From the NCBI GenBank assembly GCA_017442265.1, contig JAFSAC010000048.1, forward strand, positions 1,191 to 65,190: 64,000 bases of DNA, given 5' to 3'. Shown piece by piece: positions 27,946 through 36,178 of the stretch. Position numbers and translations under genes: made by a program. The notes under the pieces were generated by a model, which was not told where the DNA came from, searched no databases, and saw only the letters and a list, made by a program, of their open reading frames with translations. Source of the DNA: Clostridia bacterium (GTDB lineage: Bacteria > Bacillota > Clostridia > Oscillospirales > Acutalibacteraceae). Positions within the stretch are counted from its first letter, which is position 1. Every line of letters starts with the position of its first letter.

Positions 27946-29343
27946 TCATTGGCAGTGCAGTCGCAGGGTTTGGGAAGCGTGCCGCCGATACCGCCGTGTC
28001 TGCCACCAAAAAACGAGAAAATTGGCGAGCATACCGACGGTGGTGCCGGTCACGGTTGCCGGTTGCTTTAGTAGATGATCCCAGACAAGGGTGGTGATCA
28101 GCCCGGCCACCAGCGCTTTAAAAAAAGCACGCCGGTCACTTTTTACCCCGAGTAGGGTGGCGGCAAGGGGAATGACGATGACCGGACTCCAGCAGGAGTA
28201 GGCAAGAATCAGAATGCGAAAGATGTTGGGGATAAACAGAGCGACCAGTACGGCGGTCAAGCCGGTGAGAAAATTGGTGGCGCGGAGCCAGCGTAGTTCT
28301 TTTTTATCCGACAGGGTGGGACACAAAGGGCGCACCACGTCCCGGACAAGACTGACCGCCGCCCCGTTCAAAAACCCGTCTGCCGCCGACAGCATAATGG
28401 ATACCATTGCCGCCATAACGACACCGCGTATTCCGGTAGGCAGTACCTGCAGGATGAGCTGTGGCATCGCTTCCGCCGGTTGCTCGGTCACCTGTAAGGC
28501 ACGAGCGGTAAGACCAATTAGCCCGGTCATGATGAAGAAGGGGATCGAAAACAGACCGCTTGCCACCGTTCCTTTGGCGGTGGAGCGGTGATTTTTGCCA
28601 ATAAGCAGGCGCTGGGTGTAGGGCGGCACCAGCATTTCCCCAAAGGTCATGGTCACCGCCAGCGACAAAAATCCCGGTAGGGTGGTGCCGTTCAGCGGAT
28701 CGAAAAAGGAGGAGGGGGTCGCTTGTATCACCGCACCGATTCCGCCGGCACGGTGTAACGAGAGGATGAGAAGCAACGGCATCCCAACGGCGAGCAGAAT
28801 AAATTGCACCATATCCGCCGCGATCACCGATTGCAGTCCTCCGGCGGTGGAATATAAGAGGACAATACCGCACCCGAGCAGAATGCCCGCCGCCGGCGGG
28901 ATGCTAAGTAGTGAGTGGAATACCACCCCCATAGCTTCCATTTGAGCGCCCACCACCCCGGCACAGCAGAAAAAGGCAAAAAGCCCGGTGACTACCCCGG
29001 CTTTTTTGCCGTAGGAGCGGGCGATGATCTCCCCGGTGGAGGCGGCTCCCTCAAAGCGGGAGATGCCCGGCACCAGATACTTCCCGGTGAAAATGGTGGC
29101 GATACTGAACCCAAAGAGGGCGATTGTCATCCCGATACCGCTTGAAAACGCTTCGGCGGCATTGCCGGAGGAGTAGCCGCCGCCGATATAGGAGGCGGCT
29201 AGCGACGCGAAAATCACCGGCGCCCCGTACCTTTTCCCGGAGGCGGTAAAATCCCCGGCGTTTTCCACCGATTTCCCGCCGAGAAATCCCATAGCCACCA
29301 GAATGGCCAGATACACGATCACGATGAAAATATCCAGTCCCAT
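27946..29343 (-). CDS. Sodium:solute symporter (SSS) family transporter
   Basis: About 13 TM. N-terminus IVYLAILVAMGFLGGKSV...DFTASGKRYG is typical of SSS proteins. Confidence 0.82.
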   Translation of the reverse strand: MGLDIFIVIVYLAILVAMGFLGGKSVENAGDFTASGKRYGAPVIFASLAASYIGGGYSSGNAAEAFSSGIGMTIALFGFSIATIFTGKYLVPGISRFEGAASTGEIIARSYGKKAGVVTGLFAFFCCAGVVGAQMEAMGVVFHSLLSIPPAAGILLGCGIVLLYSTAGGLQSVIAADMVQFILLAVGMPLLLILSLHRAGGIGAVIQATPSSFFDPLNGTTLPGFLSLAVTMTFGEMLVPPYTQRLLIGKNHRSTAKGTVASGLFSIPFFIMTGLIGLTARALQVTEQPAEAMPQLILQVLPTGIRGVVMAAMVSIMLSAADGFLNGAAVSLVRDVVRPLCPTLSDKKELRWLRATNFLTGLTAVLVALFIPNIFRILILAYSCWSPVIVIPLAATLLGVKSDRRAFFKALVAGLITTLVWDHLLKQPATVTGTTVGMLANFLVFWWQTRRYRRHASQTLRLHCQ

Positions 29344-29391
29344 GAAAAATCCCCTCCGTTTTCAAGATATGAAAGGAGGGGAGGGGATATG

Positions 29392-29423
29392 AAAAACCGG
29401 GTAGCGGATGCTACCCGGTTTTT
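29392..29423. terminator. Terminator downstream of the EF-G paralog
   Basis: aaaaaccgggtagc-ggat-gctacccggttttt. Confidence 0.85.
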
Positions 29424-29438
29424 GAAGAGCTATTTCGT

Positions 29439-31508
29439 TTATTCCTCGGTTTTATACGCCGCACATACCTGCTGGGTGACCGAGGCGGGCGCCTCCGCAT
29501 ACCGTAGGAAATCGAGGGTGAAATACCCGCGTCCCTGGGTGGAGGAACGAAGCCAGGTGGAGAAATCGTGCATTTCTGCCATAGGAACCTCGGCGGAGAT
29601 GCAGGTGAGCCCGTCTTCAGCCGGCTCCATACCGAGCACACGACCGCGCCGGCGGTTGATTTCGCCCATAACGTCGCCGGTGGTGTCCCCCGGGGTGTAA
29701 CAGTTGAGGGTGCCCAGCGGCTCTAACAGTACCGGGCTTGCCTGCGGGATCCCCGCTTTGTAGGCCAGCGCGGCGGCGGTCTTAAACGCCATTTCGGAGG
29801 AGTCGACCGGGTGGTAGGAGCCGTCCACCAGGGTGGCCTTCACCCCGACCATGGGGAAGCCGGCGAGGGTGCCCTTTTGGGCGCTGTCTTTCAGTCCTTT
29901 TTCCACCGCCGGGAAGTAGTTTTTCGGAACGGCACCGCCGAACACGGTTTCTTCAAACACCAGCTCCTCGCTGTCGCAGGGAGCAAATTCGATCCATACG
30001 TCGCCGAACTGTCCGTGACCGCCTGACTGTTTCTTGTGACGGCCCTGCACCTTGACCGACTTGCGAATGGTCTCCCGGTAGGCAACCTTCGGCGCCTGCA
30101 GGGTAACTTCCACCCCGAATTTGCTACGCAGACGGGACACGGTCACGTCCAGCTGCTGTTCGCCCAAGCCCGCCAAAATGGATTCTTTGGTTTCAGGATC
30201 GGTGTAGAACCGAATGGTCGGATCCTCTTCCGACAGACGCGCAAGGCCGGAGGCGACCTTTTCCTCTTCGCCCTTCTTGACCGCCTGCACCGCCATAGAG
30301 AGACTCGGCTGTTCGAACACCACCGCCGGCAGAATAACCGGGGCGGCCGGATCGCACAGGGTATCGCCGGTACCGGTGCCGGCAAGCTTTGCCACCGCGC
30401 CGATGTCACCGGCGCCGACAAAGGGGGTGTCCTCCTGCTTTTTACCGCGGACGAACATCACCTTGCCGATCTTTTCATTCTCGCCGGTACGCGGATTGTA
30501 AAGGGTGGAATCGGCCTTCACCTTACCGCGAATAACCTTGAAATATAAGAGCTTTCCGACAAACGGATCGACCACTGTCTTGAATACGATCGCGGCGGTC
30601 GGCTGATCTTCGTCCACCACCAATTCGACCGGTTCTCCGTCGGGAGTTTCCCCGATCTCGCCGGCGACCGTTTCCGCCCAGGGGGCGAGCCACATCAGCC
30701 CGTTTAACAGCTGATCCACGCCGGACAGATCCAGTGCCGAGCCGCAGAACACCGGCGCGATCTCGCCTTTGCGAACGCCGGATGCGAGCCCCATGATCAG
30801 TTCATCCGGGGTGAATTCTTCGCCGGAGAAGTATTTTTCCATTAATTCTTCGCTGGTTTCGGCCACCGCTTCGCAAATGGCGGTGCGCAGGCCTTCCAGC
30901 CGGTGTCCCATATCCGGGAGCGGCACGGCGGTCGCCTTGCCGTTTTCGTATGTATAAGCACGGTATTCCAGCAGGTTTACGTAGCACTGCACCTTGTGAT
31001 TTTCCACGTACGGCACCACGATCGGACATACCATAGGACCAAACTTGGTTTTCAGGTCCTCAAATACCTTGTAAAAATCGGCGTGCTCGCTGTCCAGCTT
31101 GTTGACAAAGAACATGGTGGCGATCTTCTTTTTCTGCGCGGCGGCAAAGCCCTTTTCCGCGCCGACCGTCACTCCGCTCTTGCCGGACAGCACCACCACC
31201 GCACTACCGGCGGCACGAATGCCCTCCTGCCGTCCGCCCGCAAAGTCGAAAAGACCGGGGGTGTCCAACAAATTGATCTTAATATCCTTCCATTCCAACG
31301 GCAAAATAGCGGTGGAAACCGATGCCTTACGGCGGGTTTCTTCCGGATCAAAGTCGCAAACGGTGTTTCCGTCCGCCACCCGACCCAGCCGCTCCGCCTG
31401 CCCGGTCAGATACCAGCACGCCTCGCTTAGGGAGGTCTTGCCGGATCCGGCGTGGCCGACAAAGGCGACGTTGCGGATTTTTTTGGCGGTGTAAGCGTTC
31501 AGCTTCAT
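29439..31508 (-). CDS. Elongation factor G family GTPase (EF-G paralog)
   Basis: IRNVAFVGHAGSGKTSL (G1), DTPG (G3), NKLD (G4), and EF-G domains II-V. Start at the ATG at 31508 (MKLNAY) after AAAGGGG. Confidence 0.88.
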   Translation of the reverse strand: MKLNAYTAKKIRNVAFVGHAGSGKTSLSEACWYLTGQAERLGRVADGNTVCDFDPEETRRKASVSTAILPLEWKDIKINLLDTPGLFDFAGGRQEGIRAAGSAVVVLSGKSGVTVGAEKGFAAAQKKKIATMFFVNKLDSEHADFYKVFEDLKTKFGPMVCPIVVPYVENHKVQCYVNLLEYRAYTYENGKATAVPLPDMGHRLEGLRTAICEAVAETSEELMEKYFSGEEFTPDELIMGLASGVRKGEIAPVFCGSALDLSGVDQLLNGLMWLAPWAETVAGEIGETPDGEPVELVVDEDQPTAAIVFKTVVDPFVGKLLYFKVIRGKVKADSTLYNPRTGENEKIGKVMFVRGKKQEDTPFVGAGDIGAVAKLAGTGTGDTLCDPAAPVILPAVVFEQPSLSMAVQAVKKGEEEKVASGLARLSEEDPTIRFYTDPETKESILAGLGEQQLDVTVSRLRSKFGVEVTLQAPKVAYRETIRKSVKVQGRHKKQSGGHGQFGDVWIEFAPCDSEELVFEETVFGGAVPKNYFPAVEKGLKDSAQKGTLAGFPMVGVKATLVDGSYHPVDSSEMAFKTAAALAYKAGIPQASPVLLEPLGTLNCYTPGDTTGDVMGEINRRRGRVLGMEPAEDGLTCISAEVPMAEMHDFSTWLRSSTQGRGYFTLDFLRYAEAPASVTQQVCAAYKTEE

Positions 31509-31684
31509 AGAGGATGCCCCTTTCATTATGTGCCGGGAGGCCCGGTCACATCAATCTGCCGTGGAATGTGTTGGATAGCGACAAAATTGCCACAAATGTA
31601 CCAAATTTTTACCACAATCTTACGGTTCTTTGTATATTATATATCATATCCGGGCATATTGCAAGGCGTTTTTGGAAATATCCT

Positions 31685-31717
31685 AAAAAATACGGCGGGG
31701 GAATTTCCCCCGCCGTA
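31685..31717 (-). terminator. Terminator of the phage-derived operon
   Basis: On the minus strand: tacggcggggg-aaatt-cccccgccgta followed by tttttt. Confidence 0.8.
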
Positions 31718-31737
31718 CCGTGGTGGTTATTGTACTG

Positions 31738-32592
31738 TCAGAACAGCATCTTTTTCCAGCTGTTTATACCGATGACACCGTCATCGGTAAGCTGGTTTTC
31801 TTTCTGCCAGCGTTTGATTGCGGCCGCCGTTTGATTGCCGCACAACCCGTCGGGGGTGACCCCGACCACCCGCTGAACCAGACGGGTGAGATTTTTGTTG
31901 AGATAAAATACCCTCTTTTTGACGGTGGCTTTTCTCGCAACCGATTCACATTCCTGTCCCCATTTTCCGTCGGCGCCGTATTTCGGGAAGGAAAATCCGT
32001 CCTTTATCGCCGCTTGCTGCCACTTTTTGACGGTCGGTTTGCCGGACGGGGTGGGGGCGGTCGCTTCCCGGTAGGTGACCCCACAAAGCTCGCATAGGGC
32101 TTTTACCGTTTCCTCCGCCAGCATTTCCATACCGCCGTTATGAAACCGGGCGCAATCCTCCTCGTTATCGTGGAAGAAAAGCTCGTCGTAAAGACAGGGC
32201 ATAGCGGTGGCGTTGATCTCATACAGATCGGTGCGGGTTTTCACCTTGTGGGAAGCCATACTTTGGCGGTAGCGGTGAAGCACCTCCGCTTTTTTCAGCG
32301 ATCCTTCACTCGGATAACATAGGGTCATCGAATACCGCCCGCCGCCGGCATTGGTGTGAGCAACGTAGTAGAGGTCAGCCCCCCACCGGTTGGCTTCCGC
32401 CACCCGGCTTTGCAGTGCCGGACCGCCGGTCTTGGATTTGTCCCCGCGTTTCACCTCGCATCCGAGGGCTTTTAAGCGGCGCTCGACCATATCCATATAC
32501 TGGTTACAATGGGTGTTTTCGCCGCAGGGGGAGGGACATTTCGTCGGGTTGTCGGTAGCGTGCGCCGCCGCCGACAGATAAATTTTTGCCAT
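31738..32592 (-). CDS. N-acetylmuramoyl-L-alanine amidase (Amidase_3-like) with C-terminal PG_binding_1 domain; endolysin-like
   Basis: IYLSAAAH...ADLYYVAHTNAGGG...DELFFHDN follows the amidase_3 metal and catalytic pattern. The C-terminus TPDGLCGNQTAAAIKRWQKENQLTDDGVIG is a peptidoglycan-binding repeat. No signal peptide. RBS GAGGTG. Confidence 0.82.
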   Translation of the reverse strand: MAKIYLSAAAHATDNPTKCPSPCGENTHCNQYMDMVERRLKALGCEVKRGDKSKTGGPALQSRVAEANRWGADLYYVAHTNAGGGRYSMTLCYPSEGSLKKAEVLHRYRQSMASHKVKTRTDLYEINATAMPCLYDELFFHDNEEDCARFHNGGMEMLAEETVKALCELCGVTYREATAPTPSGKPTVKKWQQAAIKDGFSFPKYGADGKWGQECESVARKATVKKRVFYLNKNLTRLVQRVVGVTPDGLCGNQTAAAIKRWQKENQLTDDGVIGINSWKKMLF

Positions 32593-32597
32593 AGCTA

Positions 32598-32714
32598 TCA
32601 CCTCTCTACAATCTGTTTTAATTGCTCATCGGTGATGATCTTTCCGACAAGGGATTGCAACTGCCGGGCATTCACCCGTCCGAGCCGGAACTGGATTTTT
32701 AAGAAATCAAACAT
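32598..32714 (-). CDS. XkdX-like small phage protein (38 aa; not in the supplied ORF track)
   Basis: My own translation: MFDFLKIQFRLGRVNARQLQSLVGKIITDEQLKQIVER. RBS GGAGGTG lies 6 nt upstream. The ATG overlaps the upstream stop (ATGTTTGA). The size and the Y/F..G....Q....V..G.IT.E pattern resemble the XkdX family. Confidence 0.6.
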   Translation of the reverse strand: MFDFLKIQFRLGRVNARQLQSLVGKIITDEQLKQIVER

Positions 32715-32865
32715 CGGTGGCACCTCCTAAGATCTGCATCAGCATAGCCGTTTCCAGCGCCTGCAGACGTTGCTCGATAGAAGGCAGAGGCGGGGCCGGC
32801 ATCAGTTCGGCTTTACTCTCCTCCTCGGTCATATCGCGGTAGATACCGTTATCGTACATTCTCAT
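32707..32865 (-). CDS. Small phage-associated protein (52 aa; not in the supplied ORF track)
   Basis: My own translation: MRMYDNGIYRDMTEEESKAELMPAPPLPSIEQRLQALETAMLMQILGGATDV. ATGA overlap with the tail-fibre-like gene stop, and overlap with the XkdX-like start. No TM segment. Confidence 0.45.
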   Translation of the reverse strand: MRMYDNGIYRDMTEEESKAELMPAPPLPSIEQRLQALETAMLMQILGGATDV

Positions 32866-34043
32866 CGTTTTTTCCTCCCCAGTAAAACCACCCGGCTGCC
32901 GCTCATGATCTGGTTGACACCGGATACCGTGATATATAAGTCAACAAGTTTGCGGCCGGAAGAGCGCGCGGTGATGTTAGAAACGGCCGGGCTGTTGGTG
33001 GAGGCGCCGCTCGCATTCATAGCCACACCGCCCTGGGTGAGCAGCTCGGACGGATACAAGGAACGGCGGATCACCCGTTCGTTCACCGTCGCCACCTCCT
33101 CTATCCAGCACCAGAAGGTCTGCTCGGTGGTGGCGGACTGGTCGCAGGATAGTTTGGCAAACCGCCAGTAACTGTTGTCGGATGCGACCACCAGCAGGCC
33201 GTCGGCAAGATCGTTTTTGAATTTTCCGGCAAAATACAGAAAGAAATCCTTGTAGTCGGCGATCGGATTTTCGTTTGCATCCTGGGTAAACCGGACGGTG
33301 GCGACGTTTTCGGTCAGGGTAACGTCGCCGATCACCGAAAAACCCTTCAGCATATCTTCAATATGCTGTTCGGCCAAGGCGGCAACACCGGCGCTGTTTT
33401 CTGCCGCCTGCGCTTCGGTCGTGGCGGTGGTAGCGGCCTCCTGCGCCTGGATTGCCGCAACCGATGCCGCTTTAGCACCGACAGCGGTTTCTTCGGCGCA
33501 ATTAGCGGCTGTTTTGGCACAAGCGGCGGCATTTTGCTCGCTTTTTGCACTGCTTACAGCGGCATTCTCTGCCTGCTCTGCCGCCATGTCGGCGGCGGTA
33601 GCGGCGGTCACCGCCGTATCCGCTTTTTCGGCGGCGGTAATGCTTGCTGCCTGCGCCAGTTGCCGCTCGGTCTCCACCTGGGATAATAGCTGGTTGTAGA
33701 CATCCGGTGTGGGGGTGGGCGGGGAGATGCCCGCCACCATACCGGAGCCGTCCACCGCGACGGTGGCGCGATCGGTGGTCAGCCGATCACCGCCAAACAC
33801 CGACACGGTGAACCGGGTCGGGCGGAGTACCTCTGCGGGGATGACACAGCGATCATTCTCCAGTACCACGTGGTACGCTTTTCGGTCGGCACCTTGAAAC
33901 ACGGCGGTTTTGGTCAATCCCCGCCAATTTTCGCCGAAAGAAAACCGCGCCACCAGATAGTTGCGGCTGTCGCCGACCACCCGGTAGTGCGGTGCATGAA
34001 TGTGCTGGTCCTCCACACGGAAATGTAAAATTTTCTGTTGCAT
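32862..34043 (-). CDS. Phage tail-fibre / receptor-binding-like protein with central Ala-rich coiled coil
   Basis: Start at the ATG at 34043, 7 nt after AGGAGGG. It has an N-terminal beta-rich domain (FTVSVFGGDRLTTDRATVAV), about 100 aa of A/E/Q/T-rich heptad-like sequence, and a unique C-terminal domain. Its position upstream of XkdX and the lysin mirrors PBSX-type tail-fibre genes. Confidence 0.6.
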   Translation of the reverse strand: MQQKILHFRVEDQHIHAPHYRVVGDSRNYLVARFSFGENWRGLTKTAVFQGADRKAYHVVLENDRCVIPAEVLRPTRFTVSVFGGDRLTTDRATVAVDGSGMVAGISPPTPTPDVYNQLLSQVETERQLAQAASITAAEKADTAVTAATAADMAAEQAENAAVSSAKSEQNAAACAKTAANCAEETAVGAKAASVAAIQAQEAATTATTEAQAAENSAGVAALAEQHIEDMLKGFSVIGDVTLTENVATVRFTQDANENPIADYKDFFLYFAGKFKNDLADGLLVVASDNSYWRFAKLSCDQSATTEQTFWCWIEEVATVNERVIRRSLYPSELLTQGGVAMNASGASTNSPAVSNITARSSGRKLVDLYITVSGVNQIMSGSRVVLLGRKKR

Positions 34044-34101
34044 GAACTTCCCTCCTGATAAAATAGGCGGTCGTCCACGTAGCATATTCCCCTCATATAT
34101 A

Positions 34102-34130
34102 ATTGTAGGCGCGATTTTTGACCTTGTCAA
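34102..34130 (-). promoter_or_regulatory. Predicted sigma-A promoter of the phage-derived operon
   Basis: On the minus strand: TTGACA (rc of 34125-34130), 17-nt spacer, TACAAT (rc of 34102-34107). Confidence 0.55.
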
Positions 34131-34219
34131 GTATGGACAATTTATATTTTCCGTGGTATACTATATAAGTCATAATATTTGTTTTTTTAGGAAAACGGGC
34201 ATAAAGAAAGGGAACAGGT

Positions 34220-35377
34220 ATGAAGAAAGGATATTCGATCAAAAAATGGATCTGGTGGTTTACCTTGATCGCCGCCTCTGTTTTAGTGTATAAAACGACC
34301 AATGACCTGCAAGGTGTTTTTGCCGGCATTGGGGCTTTTATTGCCATTTTCACCCCTTTTATTATCGGTTTTGCGATCACCTTTCTGCTGTATGCCCCTT
34401 GCAATGCGCTGGAGGGTGTGCTGAAAAAATCCCGTTTTAAGCTGTTTTCCAAGGGTGCTCGCCTGATCTCGGTGACCGTCATCTATCTGTTGTTTTTGGC
34501 GGCGGTAGGCGGACTGCTGGTGCTGTTGCTTCCGGCATTTTATAATGCCGTTTCCGCTGTGGTGAAAGCGTTCCCGGGATACTATGAACAGATTTCCGCT
34601 TATATCGCCTCGATGTCTGAGCCGGGCGGTCTCATTGAACGGCTGAACCTGACCGAAACCCTGAAAACGGTGTACGATAGTGCGTATGAGATGCTGGTGT
34701 CGCTGGCAAACCCGGAGAATATCGTCACCGCCTTCCGCGGCATCCTTTCGGTAGCGTCCTCTTTCTTAAGTGTGATCATGGCGATCATTGTGTCGGTGTA
34801 TATGATGGCTCAGCGGGAATCGCTTCTGCGCGGGGTAAAATCACTGCTCAGCGTTTGTATAAGCGAGCGCCTTCTCACCTCGCTTACCGCCTATATTCAT
34901 AAAACCGCCCGCATCTTCTATAAATATCTGTACGGCGCGGTAACCGATGCGGTGATTGTCGCGGTAATTATGTCCATCGGCTTTTTGTTGTTCGATCTGC
35001 CCGGTGCGGTGTTGCTCGGCTGTCTGATCGGCTTTTTGAACATCATTCCGTATTTCGGCGCTTTTATCGGCGGCGTGGTAGCCGTCCTGGTGGCGCTGTT
35101 CACCAAAAACATCTATACGGCTATCGGGGTGGCGGTGTACGTTGTCGCGATGCAACAGCTGGACGGCAACATCCTGCAGCCGCGGATCGTCGGCGACTCG
35201 GTGGGCATCCGCCCGATCTACGTTTTGTTAGCGGTCACCCTGTTTGGCGGCCTGTTTGGTTTCTGGGGCATTCTGCTCGGGGTGCCGGTTATGGCGGTCA
35301 TCCTGATGCTGCTGCACGATTTCATTGACTATCGCAAAAAGAAAAAAGCCCTCGCGGCCGAGCCGGAGGAAAACTGA
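34220..35377 (+). CDS. AI-2E family transporter (PerM/YhhT-like)
   Basis: 8-TM profile and the conserved C-terminal region IIPYFGAFIGGVVAVLVAL...QQLDGNILQPRIVG. Confidence 0.9.
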   Translation: MKKGYSIKKWIWWFTLIAASVLVYKTTNDLQGVFAGIGAFIAIFTPFIIGFAITFLLYAPCNALEGVLKKSRFKLFSKGARLISVTVIYLLFLAAVGGLLVLLLPAFYNAVSAVVKAFPGYYEQISAYIASMSEPGGLIERLNLTETLKTVYDSAYEMLVSLANPENIVTAFRGILSVASSFLSVIMAIIVSVYMMAQRESLLRGVKSLLSVCISERLLTSLTAYIHKTARIFYKYLYGAVTDAVIVAVIMSIGFLLFDLPGAVLLGCLIGFLNIIPYFGAFIGGVVAVLVALFTKNIYTAIGVAVYVVAMQQLDGNILQPRIVGDSVGIRPIYVLLAVTLFGGLFGFWGILLGVPVMAVILMLLHDFIDYRKKKKALAAEPEEN

Positions 35378-35383
35378 TGACAG

Positions 35384-35419
35384 GAGCCGAAGGGGAATTT
35401 TGCCCTTTCGGCTCTTTCT
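35384..35419 (+). terminator. Probable terminator
   Basis: gagccgaagggg-aattttg-ccctttcggctc followed by tttct. Confidence 0.55.
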
Positions 35420-35432
35420 ATGGAGGATAGGT

Positions 35433-36089
35433 ATGTCACGGAATTGGTACATAAAGACCGATCAGCGGAAGGTACAGGATAGTTTTGACGAGATCAATAC
35501 GACCCCCTTATCCTTCCGCGAAAAATGGAAAAAGAATCCGAAAAAATATATCCTCGGGATTGTCGGGGTGGCGGGAGCACTTGCCTTGTTGATTTCGGTG
35601 TTGCCCGATCTTTTTTGGCGGAATAAACCCGATTACACCGTCACCTTAGTGACCGTCCATACCGCGCCGCAGGCCGGGACCCGGTGGTTGAGCGAGGCCT
35701 TATCCGCCGTAGCGGAGGACCGGGACGGGGACGGCGAGGTGGAGGTTCGGGTTCGTGCGATCGCGACCGGGGAGGACCAGGCAGATCCGGTGACCCAGCG
35801 GAATATTCTGCTCTCCTCTTTTGTTACCTCCGAATATACCCTGTTTGCTATGGAGCCGGACTGTTATCAGGAGTATATTGAAGCGCACGAAGCGGGGGAG
35901 CATTGCCTGTTCATTCCGCTGTCCGATTTAGCCGCCCCGCTCACGGCAGGGGGGACCCTGTGGGAGTTTTCTCCCGGCACACCGACGTTGCCGAAAACCC
36001 TGCTTTTGGGGGTGCGAACCCTGTCGGAAGAGAACACCGATCAGCAGGATCACCTCCGCTTATTACAGCGCTTTATGAGCGAAAAATGA
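35433..36089 (+). CDS. Hypothetical membrane-anchored protein
   Basis: Start set at the ATG at 35433 after GGAGGATAGGT. It has one TM segment (ILGIVGVAGALALLISVL) and an extracytoplasmic domain. The longer ORF from 35325 overlaps the AI-2E gene. Confidence 0.55.
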   Translation: MSRNWYIKTDQRKVQDSFDEINTTPLSFREKWKKNPKKYILGIVGVAGALALLISVLPDLFWRNKPDYTVTLVTVHTAPQAGTRWLSEALSAVAEDRDGDGEVEVRVRAIATGEDQADPVTQRNILLSSFVTSEYTLFAMEPDCYQEYIEAHEAGEHCLFIPLSDLAAPLTAGGTLWEFSPGTPTLPKTLLLGVRTLSEENTDQQDHLRLLQRFMSEK

Positions 36090-36108
36090 CCGATCGTGTC
36101 GTTTTTCT

Positions 36109-36137
36109 TTGACAATACCCTGAGAATATGGTATACT
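36109..36137 (+). promoter_or_regulatory. Predicted sigma-A promoter (extended -10)
   Basis: TTGACA (36109-36114), 17-nt spacer ending in TGG, TATACT (36132-36137). Confidence 0.55.
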
Positions 36138-36178
36138 CAATTGTAAATAAACTATGAACGCTTGAAAGGAAGATGTTA

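Larger units (their letters stand above)
31738..34043 (-). mobile_element. Prophage remnant / domesticated phage module (tail-fibre-like, two small ORFs, endolysin)
   Basis: Four translationally coupled phage-type genes flanked by housekeeping genes. No integrase, capsid, terminase, holin or att-like repeat is visible. Confidence 0.6.

Noticed and set aside
33298-33699. Plus-strand ORFs of 107-133 aa rich in Ala.
   Set aside because: They are antisense or alternate-frame artefacts of the GC-rich Ala/Glu/Thr coiled-coil segment of the tail-fibre-like gene.
31738-34130. An intact prophage.
   Set aside because: Only four late-region genes are present. Housekeeping genes with their own promoters and terminators flank both sides immediately. 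No integrase, repressor, terminase, capsid, tail tube or holin is present.
35325-35432. An N-terminal extension of the 35325-36089 ORF that overlaps the AI-2E transporter gene and a terminator-like hairpin.
   Set aside because: The ATG at 35433 has a GGAGGA RBS and lies downstream of the hairpin. The extension has no RBS.
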